This document shows, piece by piece, positions 21,850 through 32,000 of a DNA stretch of 32,000 bases. Under the pieces are notes generated by a model, which worked only from the letters and a program-made list of their open reading frames with translations, was not told where the DNA came from and did no database searches. Numbering within the stretch: position 1 is the first letter of the stretch; the number at the start of each line of letters is the position of its first letter. The stretch is from Blochmannia endosymbiont of Camponotus modoc (GTDB lineage: Bacteria; Pseudomonadota; Gammaproteobacteria; Enterobacterales; Enterobacteriaceae), in the NCBI RefSeq assembly GCF_023585785.1, contig NZ_CP097765.1, positions 270,001 through 302,000 on the forward strand. Direction: 5' to 3'. The position numbers were made by a program, and so were the translations under genes.

Positions 21850-22274
21850 TGTCAAATGTTGGCATAGTTATGGGTTTCGATTTTGGTACTAAGCACATAG
21901 GAGTGGCTATTGGTCAAAAATTGACTTATACTGCACAACCTCTGACTGTATTACAGTCGCAATCTGGTGTTCCTAATTGGAAACGTATCAAAGATATTTA
22001 TAATACGTGGAAACCCATTATTTTAGTAGTAGGATTACCTTTAAAAATAGATGGCAGTGAACAACCTATTACGATTTTAGCAAAGATATTTGCCATACAA
22101 CTCAAAGAACTGTTTCCTGTTACGGTCAAAATGCACGATGAGCGTTTTAGTACAAGTGAAGCACGTTTAAACTATCTTGAATATTATCATGATGATTCAC
22201 GTGCTAGACCGAATATTAAAATCAATGCAATTGCAGCTGGAGTAATTTTAAAAAGTTGGTTGAACAAATCTTAA
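21846..22274 (+). CDS. ruvX: Putative pre-16S rRNA nuclease / Holliday-junction-resolvase-like YqgF
   Basis: 142 aa: [40 protein letters not shown]. Its ATG overlaps the yqgE stop in ATGA (21846..21849). Confidence 0.92.
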   Translation: MMSNVGIVMGFDFGTKHIGVAIGQKLTYTAQPLTVLQSQSGVPNWKRIKDIYNTWKPIILVVGLPLKIDGSEQPITILAKIFAIQLKELFPVTVKMHDERFSTSEARLNYLEYYHDDSRARPNIKINAIAAGVILKSWLNKS

Positions 22275-22986
22275 GTACAAAAAATAATGTTTCCTATATA
22301 AATAGGATAAAAAAATAATAATTAAATATTAGAAATAATATTAATTATGGTAATAATGTTCAATTTTAATAATTGTTTTTTATTATTTGTTATTTTAAAA
22401 ATTTTTTTAATAATGTAAAAAATGATAATGTGTTCAATGTTTAAATATATCATATTCATTTAAATATATAAATTTTATTTTATAGGTAAGAAGAGATATT
22501 AATTTTTTAATAAAAAATATTGACTGATTTTTTTAACATATTGATGTTTTTAGTTCACGCATCAACTATCATGATTGGAAATATATTTCCAGGTGGTACT
22601 AAAATATAGGTTTAAAAAATATATTGATTTGCAATGAAAATAATAATGAGAAATTTACTCAATTTTATTAGTTTTGTATAATTTGATTACAATTAAAAGG
22701 TAATTTTAAATTTTGATAGATGATTGTAGTTATAAATATTTTATAAATTTTAAATTTCAATTGAATAAGAGTATTTAAAATATTTTGTTTGTTTTTTATT
22801 TATATTTTTTGAGATAGGGTATCAGTATGAATGAAATAAATTAGAAATTGTAATAATGGATAAAAAATCGGTTGTATTAATTGAGACAAATCAGCAGCAC
22901 AGTGTCACATCAAATAATGTTTGTGATATCATTTTTTATTTCTAATAAAAATTAGATGATAAAAATCTATAACTTTTAATAAAAAT

Positions 22987-23023
22987 GTGCACATGCGTTT
23001 ATTGCGAATAAATGCATGTGCGC
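22987..23023. repeat. 37-nt stem-loop with a G/C-containing core (gcacatgc / gcatgtgc). It is terminator-like only on the minus strand.
   Basis: Paired base by base: 22989..23003 against 23007..23021 gives 14 Watson-Crick pairs plus one G-T, with loop gcg. The outer pair 22987/23023 adds to the stem. On the minus strand the stem is followed by A then TTTTT (the complement of 22985..22981). No annotated gene lies upstream on that strand. Confidence 0.6.
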
Positions 23024-23336
23024 TGACATATGAACACTGTTTTCTAATAATAATTAGAAATATGATTGTTAGATCACTTTCCTCAAAAAAGTTTATTGTA
23101 TAGTGACATTACTGTGTTTAAAAATAAATAACTACAAATTATATCACTAATTATTGAAATTAAATTTTATATTTTATTAGTTAACTGAAATATCTATAAT
23201 TACTTTAACAACACATTAATCAGGCATTGCTATTTAGCAAAATTGTTTTGAATTTTTAAAAGTACCTTTCAATAAAAATTGAAGTTGATTACGTAAGCAT
23301 GCGATTACATTTGATTTTTATATAGTATAAAAAAAT

Positions 23337-24386
23337 ATGGCTCAAGATATTATTTTTTCAAAAAAAATATTACTTTGGTATCAAAAATATAGAACGCAGG
23401 ATTTACCATGGCAATTGAATAAAACAATGTATAAGACTTGGTTATCTGAAATCATGCTGCAACAAACACAGGTGAAAACTGTAATTTTTTATTATGAACG
23501 ATTTATTTCAAAATTTCCAACCATTAAACAATTGGCGATAGCAGAATTAGATGAAGTATTATTTTTATGGAGCGGATTGGGGTATTATGTGCGAGCTAGG
23601 AATTTACACAAAACAGCTAAAATTATTGTTAATCATTATCACGGTAATTTTCCAAAAGATTTCGACACGCTTGTTTCTTTTCCTGGTATCGGAAAATCTA
23701 CCGCAGGGGCTATATTATCGTTAACATTAGATCAACATTATCCTATTCTTGATAGTAATGTAAAACGAATACTAATTAGATATTATGCTCTCGATTATTA
23801 TTTATCAAGAAATAGCTCTGAAGTAAATAATAAACTATGGTTGTTAATCAAGCAATTACTTCCTAATATAGGGGTTTCAGCTTTTAATCAAGCTATGATG
23901 GATCTCGGAAGATTAATATGTACTAGTACGTATCCACTTTGCAATGATTGCCCTCTTCGAGAAGATTGTCGATCTTTTCTAAATCACTGTGTTGATCAAT
24001 ATCCCAGAAAGAAGCTTAAAAAAAAATTAATTAAGAAAACTATCTGGTTTTTATTGTTGTTGTCACAACAATATCAAATGAAAATGATATGGCTCGAAAA
24101 GCGATCATATCAAGGAATATGGGGAGGATTATTTTGTTTTCCTGAATTTTCCAACCTTAAAATATTAAATACGTGGTTGTTACACTATAATCTTCATAAT
24201 AATCAACGTATAAATCTATCTATTTTAAAACACAAATTAAGCAATATTGATTTAGAAATTAAACCAATATTGCTTAATACACATAAAAAATTAAATTATA
24301 AAAAAGATGGGATTTGGTATGATTTGATGCATCCTCCAATCATTGGATTACCTAAACCAATTTCTATAATACTACAGAAATTATAA
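23337..24386 (+). CDS. mutY: A/G-specific adenine DNA glycosylase
   Basis: 349 aa: LPWQ, YKTWLSEIMLQQTQV, GLGYYVRARNLH, helix-hairpin-helix FPGIGKSTAGAILS, LDSNVKRIL, and the 4Fe-4S cysteine pattern CTSTYPLCNDCPLREDC. Confidence 0.93.
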   Translation: MAQDIIFSKKILLWYQKYRTQDLPWQLNKTMYKTWLSEIMLQQTQVKTVIFYYERFISKFPTIKQLAIAELDEVLFLWSGLGYYVRARNLHKTAKIIVNHYHGNFPKDFDTLVSFPGIGKSTAGAILSLTLDQHYPILDSNVKRILIRYYALDYYLSRNSSEVNNKLWLLIKQLLPNIGVSAFNQAMMDLGRLICTSTYPLCNDCPLREDCRSFLNHCVDQYPRKKLKKKLIKKTIWFLLLLSQQYQMKMIWLEKRSYQGIWGGLFCFPEFSNLKILNTWLLHYNLHNNQRINLSILKHKLSNIDLEIKPILLNTHKKLNYKKDGIWYDLMHPPIIGLPKPISIILQKL

Positions 24387-24457
24387 TCATAACGTAGTAA
24401 AGATATTGAATTTCCAATTCTCATAAAAATGATTGTTGCAATGTGAGACTTCTAATA

Positions 24458-24712
24458 ATGTCTAAAATAATTTATTGTGTTTTTTTAAAAAAATATGCTG
24501 CAGGACTAGACGCTCCGTGTTATCCGGGAGCATTAGGCAGATATATTTATGAACATATTTCTAAAATTGCATGGATGCAGTGGCAAAATAAACAAACTAT
24601 TTTAATCAATGAAAATAAACTCAATATGATGAATATTTCAGATCGTACAATACTTGAAAAAGAAATGAAAATTTTCCTATTCGGAAAAAATTTTTCAATA
24701 AAAAACAATTAA
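24458..24712 (+). CDS. yggX: Fe(2+)-trafficking protein YggX. The ORF-track GTG at 24443 is probably not the start.
   Basis: [50 protein letters not shown] matches E. coli [50 protein letters not shown]. Confidence 0.92.
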   Translation: MSKIIYCVFLKKYAAGLDAPCYPGALGRYIYEHISKIAWMQWQNKQTILINENKLNMMNISDRTILEKEMKIFLFGKNFSIKNN

Positions 24713-24870
24713 TTACTAGAGTTTTTCTCTTTCAATTATAATATACATTGTACGTAAATTTTTTCGAACTTTGTGTTTAAAATAGAGCGATGATTATATC
24801 ATAATAAAAAAATTTTTTATTATCAATTTACGACAATATCACATGTAGCTATTATTCAACGAAAGTTCAC

Positions 24871-26148
24871 TTACGTTTGGTTAGTTTTATGGTTACTGTA
24901 GATTAACAATGGTTTTGAGTGCCCAAATACTACTGATTCGTCAATTATTATTTTATCTATATTATTTTGTGAAGGTAATTCATACATTACATCTAGCAAT
25001 ATGTTCTCTAAAATAGCTCTAAGTCCACGAGCACCAATTTTTTTTTTCATAGCATTTTTAGCAATAGCAGTCAATGATGTTTCGGAAAATTCCAATTTTA
25101 CTCCATCAATATGAAATAGTATTTCGTATTGTTTTATTAAAGCGTTCTTTGGTTCTTTTAAGATTTTAATTAATTCTTTTTCTTTCAGTTCATCTAAAGT
25201 AGAAACTATTGGAAGTCGACCAACAAATTCTGGAATCAATCCAAATTTAATTAAATCTTCTGGCTCAATTTGTGTTAATAATGAATGCTCAATGTTTTTT
25301 GTTGTATCGTTATTGTTTAAAACTCGAAATCCAATTGTACGTTTGTTAGTAGTGCGTTGCTGGATAATTTGATTCAAACCAAAAAAAGCACCACCGCAAA
25401 TAAAAAGAATATTAGTAGTATCCACTTGTATAAATTCTTGCTGAGGATGTTTACGACCTCCTTGTGGTGGTACTGCAGCTGTAGTCCCTTCAATCAACTT
25501 TAATAAAGCCTGTTGTACTCCTTCTCCGGAAACATCTCGAGTAATAGAAGGATTTTCTGATTTTCTAGAAATTTTGTCTATTTCATCTATATAAATGATT
25601 CCTTGTTGCGCTTTATTCACATCATAATTACATCGTTGTAGCAATTTTTGTACAACGTTTTCTACATCCTCACCTACATACCCCGCTTCTGTCAAAGTAG
25701 TAGCATCTGATATAGAAAATGGTACATTAAGAAACCGAGCTAATGTTTCTGCTAATAATGTTTTACCACTTCCTGTGGGGCCGATTAATAAAATGTTACT
25801 TTTAGATAATTTTGTACTATTGCTGTTTATACATATCTTTTCATTACGTAAACGTTTGTAATGATTATATACTGCTACTGCAAGTACTTTTTTAGTGTAT
25901 TCTTGTCCAATCACATAATCGTCCAAATGATTCTTAATTTCACAAGGGGTGGGATATTTGGTCAATTTTTCGTTAACTATTTTACCTTTATTTTCTTGGC
26001 TAATTATGTCTTTACATAAACCAACACATGTATCGCAAATATGCGCTGATAATCCAGTAATTAATTTTAATACTTGATTTTGATCTTTCCCACAAAACGA
26101 ACAACACAATGTACTATTTTTTGAATGATTTTGATGATCATCGCTCAC
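24871..26148 (-). CDS. clpX: ATP-dependent Clp protease ATP-binding subunit ClpX; GTG start preceded by GGAGGG
   Basis: 425 aa with a C4 zinc-binding domain (CSFCGK..CDTC), Walker A GPTGSGKT, pore loop GYVGEDV, Walker [10 protein letters not shown], and an IGF loop (RTIGF). Confidence 0.97.
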   Translation of the reverse strand: MSDDHQNHSKNSTLCCSFCGKDQNQVLKLITGLSAHICDTCVGLCKDIISQENKGKIVNEKLTKYPTPCEIKNHLDDYVIGQEYTKKVLAVAVYNHYKRLRNEKICINSNSTKLSKSNILLIGPTGSGKTLLAETLARFLNVPFSISDATTLTEAGYVGEDVENVVQKLLQRCNYDVNKAQQGIIYIDEIDKISRKSENPSITRDVSGEGVQQALLKLIEGTTAAVPPQGGRKHPQQEFIQVDTTNILFICGGAFFGLNQIIQQRTTNKRTIGFRVLNNNDTTKNIEHSLLTQIEPEDLIKFGLIPEFVGRLPIVSTLDELKEKELIKILKEPKNALIKQYEILFHIDGVKLEFSETSLTAIAKNAMKKKIGARGLRAILENILLDVMYELPSQNNIDKIIIDESVVFGHSKPLLIYSNHKTNQT

Positions 26149-26289
26149 AGTCTGATATCCCTCCGTTTACGTTTAATTCATTTAAAATAATCTATAAATT
26201 ACTTGAAACATAAATAACAACAAATTCAGACATAAATTTTATTACAGATCATAATGATAATGAAACGCAAATTAAGCAGCAATCTAAAT

Positions 26290-26916
26290 TTATATTCGTT
26301 GAGATAACACACAATCTACCAATCCATACTTCATTGCTTCATCAGCAGATAAAAAACAATCTCGTTCTGTATCTCTATTGATGATATCAATAGATTGTCC
26401 GGTATGTTTTGCCATAAGCTCGTTGATATTATTTTTAATTTTCAATATTTCTCTGGTATGAATAGCAATATCAGTAGCTTGTCCTTGGAAAGATCCTAAT
26501 GGTTGGTGAATCATTATTCGAGCATTCGGTAAACAAAATCGTTTACCTTTGGTACCAGAAGCTAATAGAAAAGCGCTCATGGATGCAGCTTGTCCCATGC
26601 AAAACGTACTAACATCAGGTTTTACAAATTGTATAGTATCGTATATCGACATTCCTGCAGTTATCACTCCTCCTGGAGAATTAATATACAAATGGATGTC
26701 TTTTTCTGAATTTTCTGATTCTAAGAACATCATCTGAGCAACAATCAAATTAGCTACACTATCTTCGATTGTTCCTGTCATAAAAATAATTCTTTCTTTT
26801 AGTAATAAAGAAAATATATCGTATACACGATCTCCTCGAATAGTATGCTCTATTACTGTTGGAACTACTACCATACGATGACAATAAGGCGTTTTAAAAT
26901 TATGTGAGCATTGCAT
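26290..26916 (-). CDS. clpP: ATP-dependent Clp protease proteolytic subunit
   Basis: 208 aa with [18 protein letters not shown] and the catalytic contexts GQAASM, MIHQP and DTERD. The N-terminal extension has about the length of the E. coli 14-aa propeptide. Confidence 0.97.
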   Translation of the reverse strand: MQCSHNFKTPYCHRMVVVPTVIEHTIRGDRVYDIFSLLLKERIIFMTGTIEDSVANLIVAQMMFLESENSEKDIHLYINSPGGVITAGMSIYDTIQFVKPDVSTFCMGQAASMSAFLLASGTKGKRFCLPNARIMIHQPLGSFQGQATDIAIHTREILKIKNNINELMAKHTGQSIDIINRDTERDCFLSADEAMKYGLVDCVLSQRI

Positions 26917-27370
26917 AGCATGTATTATAATCCTCTTGTATTGTATTATTATATAAAAGTTTTATGTAAACCTTGATATAATACAATTTATGAAAAATTT
27001 CAAACTAAATTTAATAATCATATTTTATTAAGAAGTAATTATTGAGCATATAGTTTTCTGTTAATTTATTATTAATCAAATGTTTAAGGATTATAATAGA
27101 AAATATTTATATATTCACATATATATTATTTGTTCTTATCGTATTTTATACGTAAGATTACGGTAGTATGTAATAAATAGTTAAAGAATATTTTACATTG
27201 ATGAAAATTGATTGTTTCTGATCTAATCAACTAATTAAAATAAAAGCATTTATTATTTAAGGTAATATTTCTTATAGTCTAACGTTTCTAATGATCAAAC
27301 AATTTGATTATAACTTATTAAATCGTTATATGTAATTTTTTGTAATAATTTTGTCTGATTAAGAATAAAA

Positions 27371-27948
27371 TTAATTACTATTCTCTATAAAAGAGAGCGC
27401 GAATATATTGCTACCGTTGTCGTATTGTTGTTCCATGATCACATTTTTTGAAACATCGAATGTATCTAATACATTATTAATAATGTTGTGAATTAGAAGT
27501 ATAGTCAACGTCAATTTTTTGGGTCACATCATTACCGGGCAATGCAATTTTATGCGACGTTTATATTGATCTTTGAAGTTAAATTTTCCTAACAATAAAA
27601 TATGTAATTGTTTTATTTTTTAATTTGCATTGACATAAATATACTGACTTACTTTATTGCGTGAACTATTAGTACATATGCTATTGAGTATGGAAAGAAA
27701 TTCAATATCATTATATATGAACATATATTTTTAATATTTAATTTTTTATTTTATTCTAATAACATAGTTTAAATAAAATTTAATATATTCCTGATTTTTT
27801 ATATACATTTATTTTTGCGGTGTTTATTATGTGAAATAAGCCAGTTTATGTCATTTTGATTTGATTTTAAAAAAAATTTAGAATTTTTTTAAAAAATGAC
27901 AATAAATTCATGCATCTTTCCTTGAAGATTATTTGAAATGATATCCAT
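27371..27948 (-). pseudogene. tig: Probable eroded remnant of trigger factor (tig), N-terminal third; multiple stops and at least one frameshift
   Basis: My minus-strand translation from ATG 27948 gives MDIISNNLQGKMHEFIVIF*. E. coli Tig begins MQVSVETTQGLGRRVTITI, so M1, Q9 and G10 match and the hydrophobic run follows in register. The same frame continues ..KHRKNKCI*, within one residue of where the GFRKGKVP ribosome-binding signature falls. A 50-codon open stretch at 27374..27523, in another frame, reads ..NIINNVLDTFDVSKN..IFALSF. This compares with E. coli DVDGMLDTLRKQQ..RVTIDF. Position and strand are as expected immediately upstream of clpP. The matches are short and the sequence is AT-biased, so the call is tentative. 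Confidence 0.4.
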
Positions 27949-29134
27949 GTTGAATATTAATTTTTATATTGAAAACATCTTTTATATTATGATCAAACAT
28001 CTTATCTTTATAAGTTAAACAAAATTAATTATTTTTATTAACTATCATAACAACATCTCCAATGTTGTCGTTTTTATATTTTACCATAAGATAGTATGAT
28101 AATGTTAAAAGTAACTCGATCCCAATACTAATTTTCTTATCACTACATTTCTATGTACATGTATTTTTATATTTTTAAAACTCCAATCAATATCCATTTT
28201 TATAATTTCTGATAAAAATTGGTTTTTCATTTCAGTACTAATGAATCCTTTCCAGTTCTATATGTGGATATATTTCTACTGTGACAGTGCGCACAAAATT
28301 TTTACTATTATTACAAAAGTGTATAAATTATTGCATGTAGGTTCACCAATTAAATTGATTTTGTTTTGATGATAAGATCAATAAAATTTTTATTACATTA
28401 ATAATATCACGATTTTATGAAAAATAATTATTCCATAATTTTTCTTAACAAGTAAATAGGTACTTTCCCAACACGAAATCTATGATATATATATTTTTAG
28501 AAAAATATGTCGATCTTTCATAATATTCTTTATTCGCAATATTTATAGAATAAATTAACAGTAATGTGTTTCCATAAATATTTAATATTTTCAATCATTA
28601 CACATATCTAATTGATTCCTTTTGATTTTATGAATCAAAAACAACAATAAAAGTATACGATGCTACATAATATCATATAACATACAAATTATGAATGTAA
28701 CAGATCTTTAATTTATATTTGTACCTAATAAATAATTACTATATAACTCATATTCTTAAAATTATCAATGCACTAAGTTTTTAATAATGTTATAAGTATT
28801 AATATTACGATGATATTAATAATTGAAGAGATATATAAAATATATAATTAAATTAGTTTACATTAAGTTATTTAGTCAAAAAAAATTAATTCAATTATAC
28901 TTAGCAATACTTGTATTGCTGTAAATTATTAATTGATAATAGATTATTTGGTGTTATCTTTACATCATAAAATGAAGTTAATTTCAAATAAATATACTGA
29001 CTATATTTAAATTTTTTTAATAAATGGTAATTACAAAAATTTTTAGATATATGTAATTATTTACATTAATGCAGGTTTGTGGTAAGTTGTTTAACTCAAA
29101 GACTTAAAATATATATTCGTATTAGAATTGTTGA

Positions 29135-30019
29135 ATGAAATTCAGCGTATGCAAACATAGAAAGATATGTATTTCATTGTTACTGTATAGTTTGATAACG
29201 GTATTAAATGGATGCAGCAATTTGGTTTTATTACATCCTAAAGGCCAAATTGGGATAGAAGAACGTTCACTGATATTGACCGCATTCGGATTAATGCTTA
29301 GTATAGTTGTCCCGGTAATCGTGATGACAATTCTTTTCACTATAAAATATAGAGCATCTAATCTCAGAAATACGCAATATAGTCCTAATTGGGTAAATTC
29401 TAAAAAAATAGAATTTGTAATTTGGGCTGTGCCAATTTTAATTATTATTTTTTTAGGGGCTGTAACTTGGAAATCTACTCATAAATTAGATCCTAAAAAC
29501 CCTATTGTATCATCTGTTGAGCAACCAATTATTATTAATGTTATATCATTAGATTGGAAGTGGCTTTTTATTTATCCAAAACAAAATATAGCAGTTGTTA
29601 ATGAGCTTGTTTTTCCGGCACATATACCAATAAAATTCAATGTTACTTCTAATTCGGTTATGAATTCTTTTTTTATTCCTCAATTAGGAGGACAAATTTA
29701 TGCAATGGCTGGAATGCGTACGGAACTATATTTAATAGCTAATACAGCGGGGCGATATAAAGGTATTTCATCAAATTTTAGTGGTCAAGGATTTTCTGGT
29801 ATGAAATTTACTGTTATTGCTACACAAACTAAACAAGAATTTGAACAATGGATACAAAAAGCTCAAAAATCATCTCATCAAATTAATAATATGTCAATTT
29901 ATGAAGAATTAGCTAAACCCAGTGAATATCATCCGATAATTTATTTCTCCAATGTACAACCCAACTTGTTTTATAATGTAATCAATAAATTTACACATCA
30001 AAAGAAAGAATATTTTTAG
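29135..30019 (+). CDS. cyoA: Cytochrome bo3 ubiquinol oxidase subunit II (lipoprotein)
   Basis: 294 aa with lipobox LNGC followed by [27 protein letters not shown]. Also present: [40 protein letters not shown] and GFSGMKF. Collinear with E. coli CyoA. Confidence 0.96.
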   Translation: MKFSVCKHRKICISLLLYSLITVLNGCSNLVLLHPKGQIGIEERSLILTAFGLMLSIVVPVIVMTILFTIKYRASNLRNTQYSPNWVNSKKIEFVIWAVPILIIIFLGAVTWKSTHKLDPKNPIVSSVEQPIIINVISLDWKWLFIYPKQNIAVVNELVFPAHIPIKFNVTSNSVMNSFFIPQLGGQIYAMAGMRTELYLIANTAGRYKGISSNFSGQGFSGMKFTVIATQTKQEFEQWIQKAQKSSHQINNMSIYEELAKPSEYHPIIYFSNVQPNLFYNVINKFTHQKKEYF

Positions 30020-30095
30020 CTATAATTCATGTTTCCTTAATATAAGGCATGATTGTTTTGAGAAATGTTGTAAATATATAAGGATAATTAAAATA

Positions 30096-32000
30096 ATGTT
30101 TGGAAAATTAACAACAGATTCTATTCCGTATGAAGATCCAGTTATTATGTCGACAGTCATTATCATTCTTTTCATTGGAGTAATGCTTTCCGGTATCATT
30201 ACATATTACAATAAATGGCGATATCTTTGGAATGAATGGTTTACTTCTGTAGATCATAAAAAAATTGGGATTATGTATATTATAGTCTCATGTATTATGT
30301 TTTTACGTGGTTTTGCCGATGCCATCATGATGAGAGCGCAACAAGCTTTATCCTCTTCTGGATCGTATGAATTTCTTTCATCCCATCACTACAACCAAGT
30401 AATTACCGCTCATGGAGTAATCATGATCATATTTATGGCTACTCCTTTCGTAATAGGATTAATGAACTTGGTAGTTCCATTACAAATTGGAGCACGAGAT
30501 GTTGCTTTTCCTTTTTTAAATTCTTTGAGTTTTTGGTTATTTATGGTAGGTGTAATTTTGATGAATCTTTCCTTAGGAATAGGAGAATTTGCTCAAACAG
30601 GATGGTCAGGTTACCCACCATTATCAAGTAAAGAATACAGTCCTGGTGTTGGTGTCGATTATTGGATATGGAGTATACAAATTTCTGGAATAGGAACTAC
30701 TTTGACTGGTATAAATTTTTTTACTACAATTTTATATATGCGAGCTCCAGGATTGTCGATGATGAAAATGCCAGTTTTTACTTGGACTGCTTTATGTACA
30801 AATACATTAATCATTGCAGCTTTTCCAATTTTGACTATTACTATCGCTTTATTAACACTAGACCGTTATCTGGGAACCCATTTTTTTACTAACGATTTAG
30901 GCGGAAATATGATGATGTATATCAATTTATTTTGGGCTTGGGGTCATCCAGAAGTATATATTTTAGTGTTGCCCGTATTTGGTGTATTTTCGGAAATTGT
31001 TTCCACTTTTTCACAAAAGAAGTTGTTTGGATATACTTCATTAATATGGGCTACTATAGCTATTACTGTGTTATCTTTTTGTGTATGGTTACATCATTTT
31101 TTTACTATGGGTGCAGGTGCTAACGTTAATGCATTTTTCGGTATTATGACTATGATAATTGCCATTCCAACTGGAGTAAAGGTATTTAACTGGTTATTCA
31201 CTATGTATCGAGGGAAAATTGTTTTTGCTTCCCCAATGATGTGGACTATTGGATTTATTATTACATTTTCCATAGGAGGAATGACTGGGGTATTATTATC
31301 TGTGCCAGGAGCTGATTTTGTATTGCATAACAGTTTATTTTTAATTGCACATTTTCATAATGTTATTATTGGAGGAGTATTGTTCGGTTGTTTTGCCGGA
31401 GCTACCTATTGGTTTCCTAAGGCTTTTGGTTATGTTTTAAATGAAAAATGGGGGAAACGAGCTTTTTGGTTTTGGATGATTGGATTTTATATGGCGTTTA
31501 TGCCGTTATATATTTTAGGGTTTATGGGTATGACTCGTCGATTAAGCCAACACATTGATCCAATATTTTCATCGATGTTAATAACCGCATCAATGGGTAC
31601 TATATTGATTGGATTGGGTATTATGTGCCAATGTATCCAAATAATAGTCAGTATTGTAAATCGTGATAAATATAAAGATATAAATGGAAATCCATGGAAT
31701 GGATCTACTTTAGAATGGGCTGTTTCCTCTCCCCCGCCATTTTATAATTTTGCAATTATTCCTATAATAAATAGTGATCGTGATGTTTTTTGGTATGTAC
31801 AAAATAATAGAAACGTATATTCTTGTCCTGATCAATTTAAATCCATACATATGCCTAAAAATACGTATTCTGGCATTGTTATATCTTTTTTCGGTTTAAC
31901 ATTTGGATTTGGTATGATTTGGTATATATGGTGGCTCGTTATTTTCAGTATGGTGGGAATCATAACAACTTGGATTCTTCATACATTTAATGATGATACA
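30096..32000 (+). CDS. cyoB: Cytochrome bo3 ubiquinol oxidase subunit I. 635 codons are present; the C-terminus runs off the right edge of the window.
   Basis: Absent from the ORF track because it is open to the window edge. From ATG 30096 (AAGGA lies 11 nt upstream) my translation reads [136 protein letters not shown] with no stop to base 32000. This is near-identical in pattern to E. coli CyoB. Confidence 0.96.
   Translation, partial: MFGKLTTDSIPYEDPVIMSTVIIILFIGVMLSGIITYYNKWRYLWNEWFTSVDHKKIGIMYIIVSCIMFLRGFADAIMMRAQQALSSSGSYEFLSSHHYNQVITAHGVIMIIFMATPFVIGLMNLVVPLQIGARDVAFPFLNSLSFWLFMVGVILMNLSLGIGEFAQTGWSGYPPLSSKEYSPGVGVDYWIWSIQISGIGTTLTGINFFTTILYMRAPGLSMMKMPVFTWTALCTNTLIIAAFPILTITIALLTLDRYLGTHFFTNDLGGNMMMYINLFWAWGHPEVYILVLPVFGVFSEIVSTFSQKKLFGYTSLIWATIAITVLSFCVWLHHFFTMGAGANVNAFFGIMTMIIAIPTGVKVFNWLFTMYRGKIVFASPMMWTIGFIITFSIGGMTGVLLSVPGADFVLHNSLFLIAHFHNVIIGGVLFGCFAGATYWFPKAFGYVLNEKWGKRAFWFWMIGFYMAFMPLYILGFMGMTRRLSQHIDPIFSSMLITASMGTILIGLGIMCQCIQIIVSIVNRDKYKDINGNPWNGSTLEWAVSSPPPFYNFAIIPIINSDRDVFWYVQNNRNVYSCPDQFKSIHMPKNTYSGIVISFFGLTFGFGMIWYIWWLVIFSMVGIITTWILHTFNDDT

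Noticed and set aside
26549-26737. 62-aa plus-strand ORF inside clpP
   Set aside because: Antisense shadow ORF.
26917-27010. A sigma-32 heat-shock promoter upstream of clpP
   Set aside because: A TTTGAAA (complement of 26998..27004) resembles the -35 CTTGAAA. However, no CCCCAT-like -10 follows at 13-15 nt, and A/T-rich hexamers are everywhere in this sequence.
28050-28080. The hairpin acaacat-ctcca-atgttgt followed by cgtttttatatttt, on the plus strand in the clpP-cyoA spacer
   Set aside because: It is terminator-like in form. But the stem is only 7 bp with 2 G-C pairs, and no plus-strand gene lies upstream. At most it is a relic, and it is not supportable as a feature.
26917-29134. The idea that the long ORF-free spacers hide genes read with a reassigned stop codon (UGA as Trp)
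   Set aside because: RF2 (prfB), which decodes UGA, is retained with a UGA-dependent autoregulatory site. Genes such as yqgE end in TGA. The spacers are also interrupted by TAA and TAG in all frames.
29122-29340. 72-aa minus-strand ORF over the start of cyoA
   Set aside because: It is antisense to the cyoA signal-peptide and lipobox region. cyoA homology explains this DNA.
30662-31123. Two plus-strand ORFs (76 and 63 aa) listed where cyoB should be
   Set aside because: They are out-of-frame ORFs inside cyoB. The real frame, from ATG 30096, is open to the window end and so was not listed in the track.
1-32000. Looked for tRNA or rRNA genes, CRISPR arrays, IS elements or transposases, integrases, and toxin-antitoxin or defence genes
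   Set aside because: I saw no T-loop or acceptor-like G/C-rich islands in the spacers. There are no regularly spaced direct repeats and no long terminal inverted repeats. Every ORF of 60 aa or more is either a housekeeping gene or an antisense shadow ORF. This was a by-eye scan, so small or degenerate elements could have been missed.

Overview
By eye this window is strongly AT-rich, and roughly 70% of it is coding, summing my own coordinates. It looks like a reduced genome from an Enterobacterales-derived insect endosymbiont. Gene content and order resemble what I remember of Candidatus Blochmannia-type genomes, but that identification is from memory and unverified.

I can support 24 protein genes, all housekeeping: recC (partial), lgt, rppH, lysA, lysS, prfB, ygfZ, ubiI, ubiH, zapA, ygfA, rpiA, fbaA, pgk, speB, metK, yqgE, ruvX, mutY, yggX, clpX, clpP, cyoA and cyoB (partial). 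The order follows the E. coli recC-to-yggX region with many genes deleted. It then joins directly to the E. coli clpPX/cyo neighbourhood.

I found no tRNA, rRNA, CRISPR array, IS or transposase, phage, toxin or defence genes. I see no evidence for an undescribed multi-gene system, and the long spacers carry no ORF of 60 aa or more.

What merits a second look is genome-decay and recoding biology:
- prfB has a programmed +1 frameshift with a variant UUU_UGA_C site, which the ORF track truncates.
- The ubiI ORF is full length but has lost its FAD GD motif.
- The 2.2 kb ORF-free clpP-cyoA spacer carries apparent relics of tig and possibly bolA.
- speB is present without its ancestral neighbour speA.
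- The slot where enterobacteria encode 6S RNA is still there, and its edge holds a perfect 20-nt palindrome over the likely ygfA start codon.
- Two long hairpins in ORF-free spacers are much longer than I would expect by chance.
- Several essential genes contain in-frame A9-A10 tracts.
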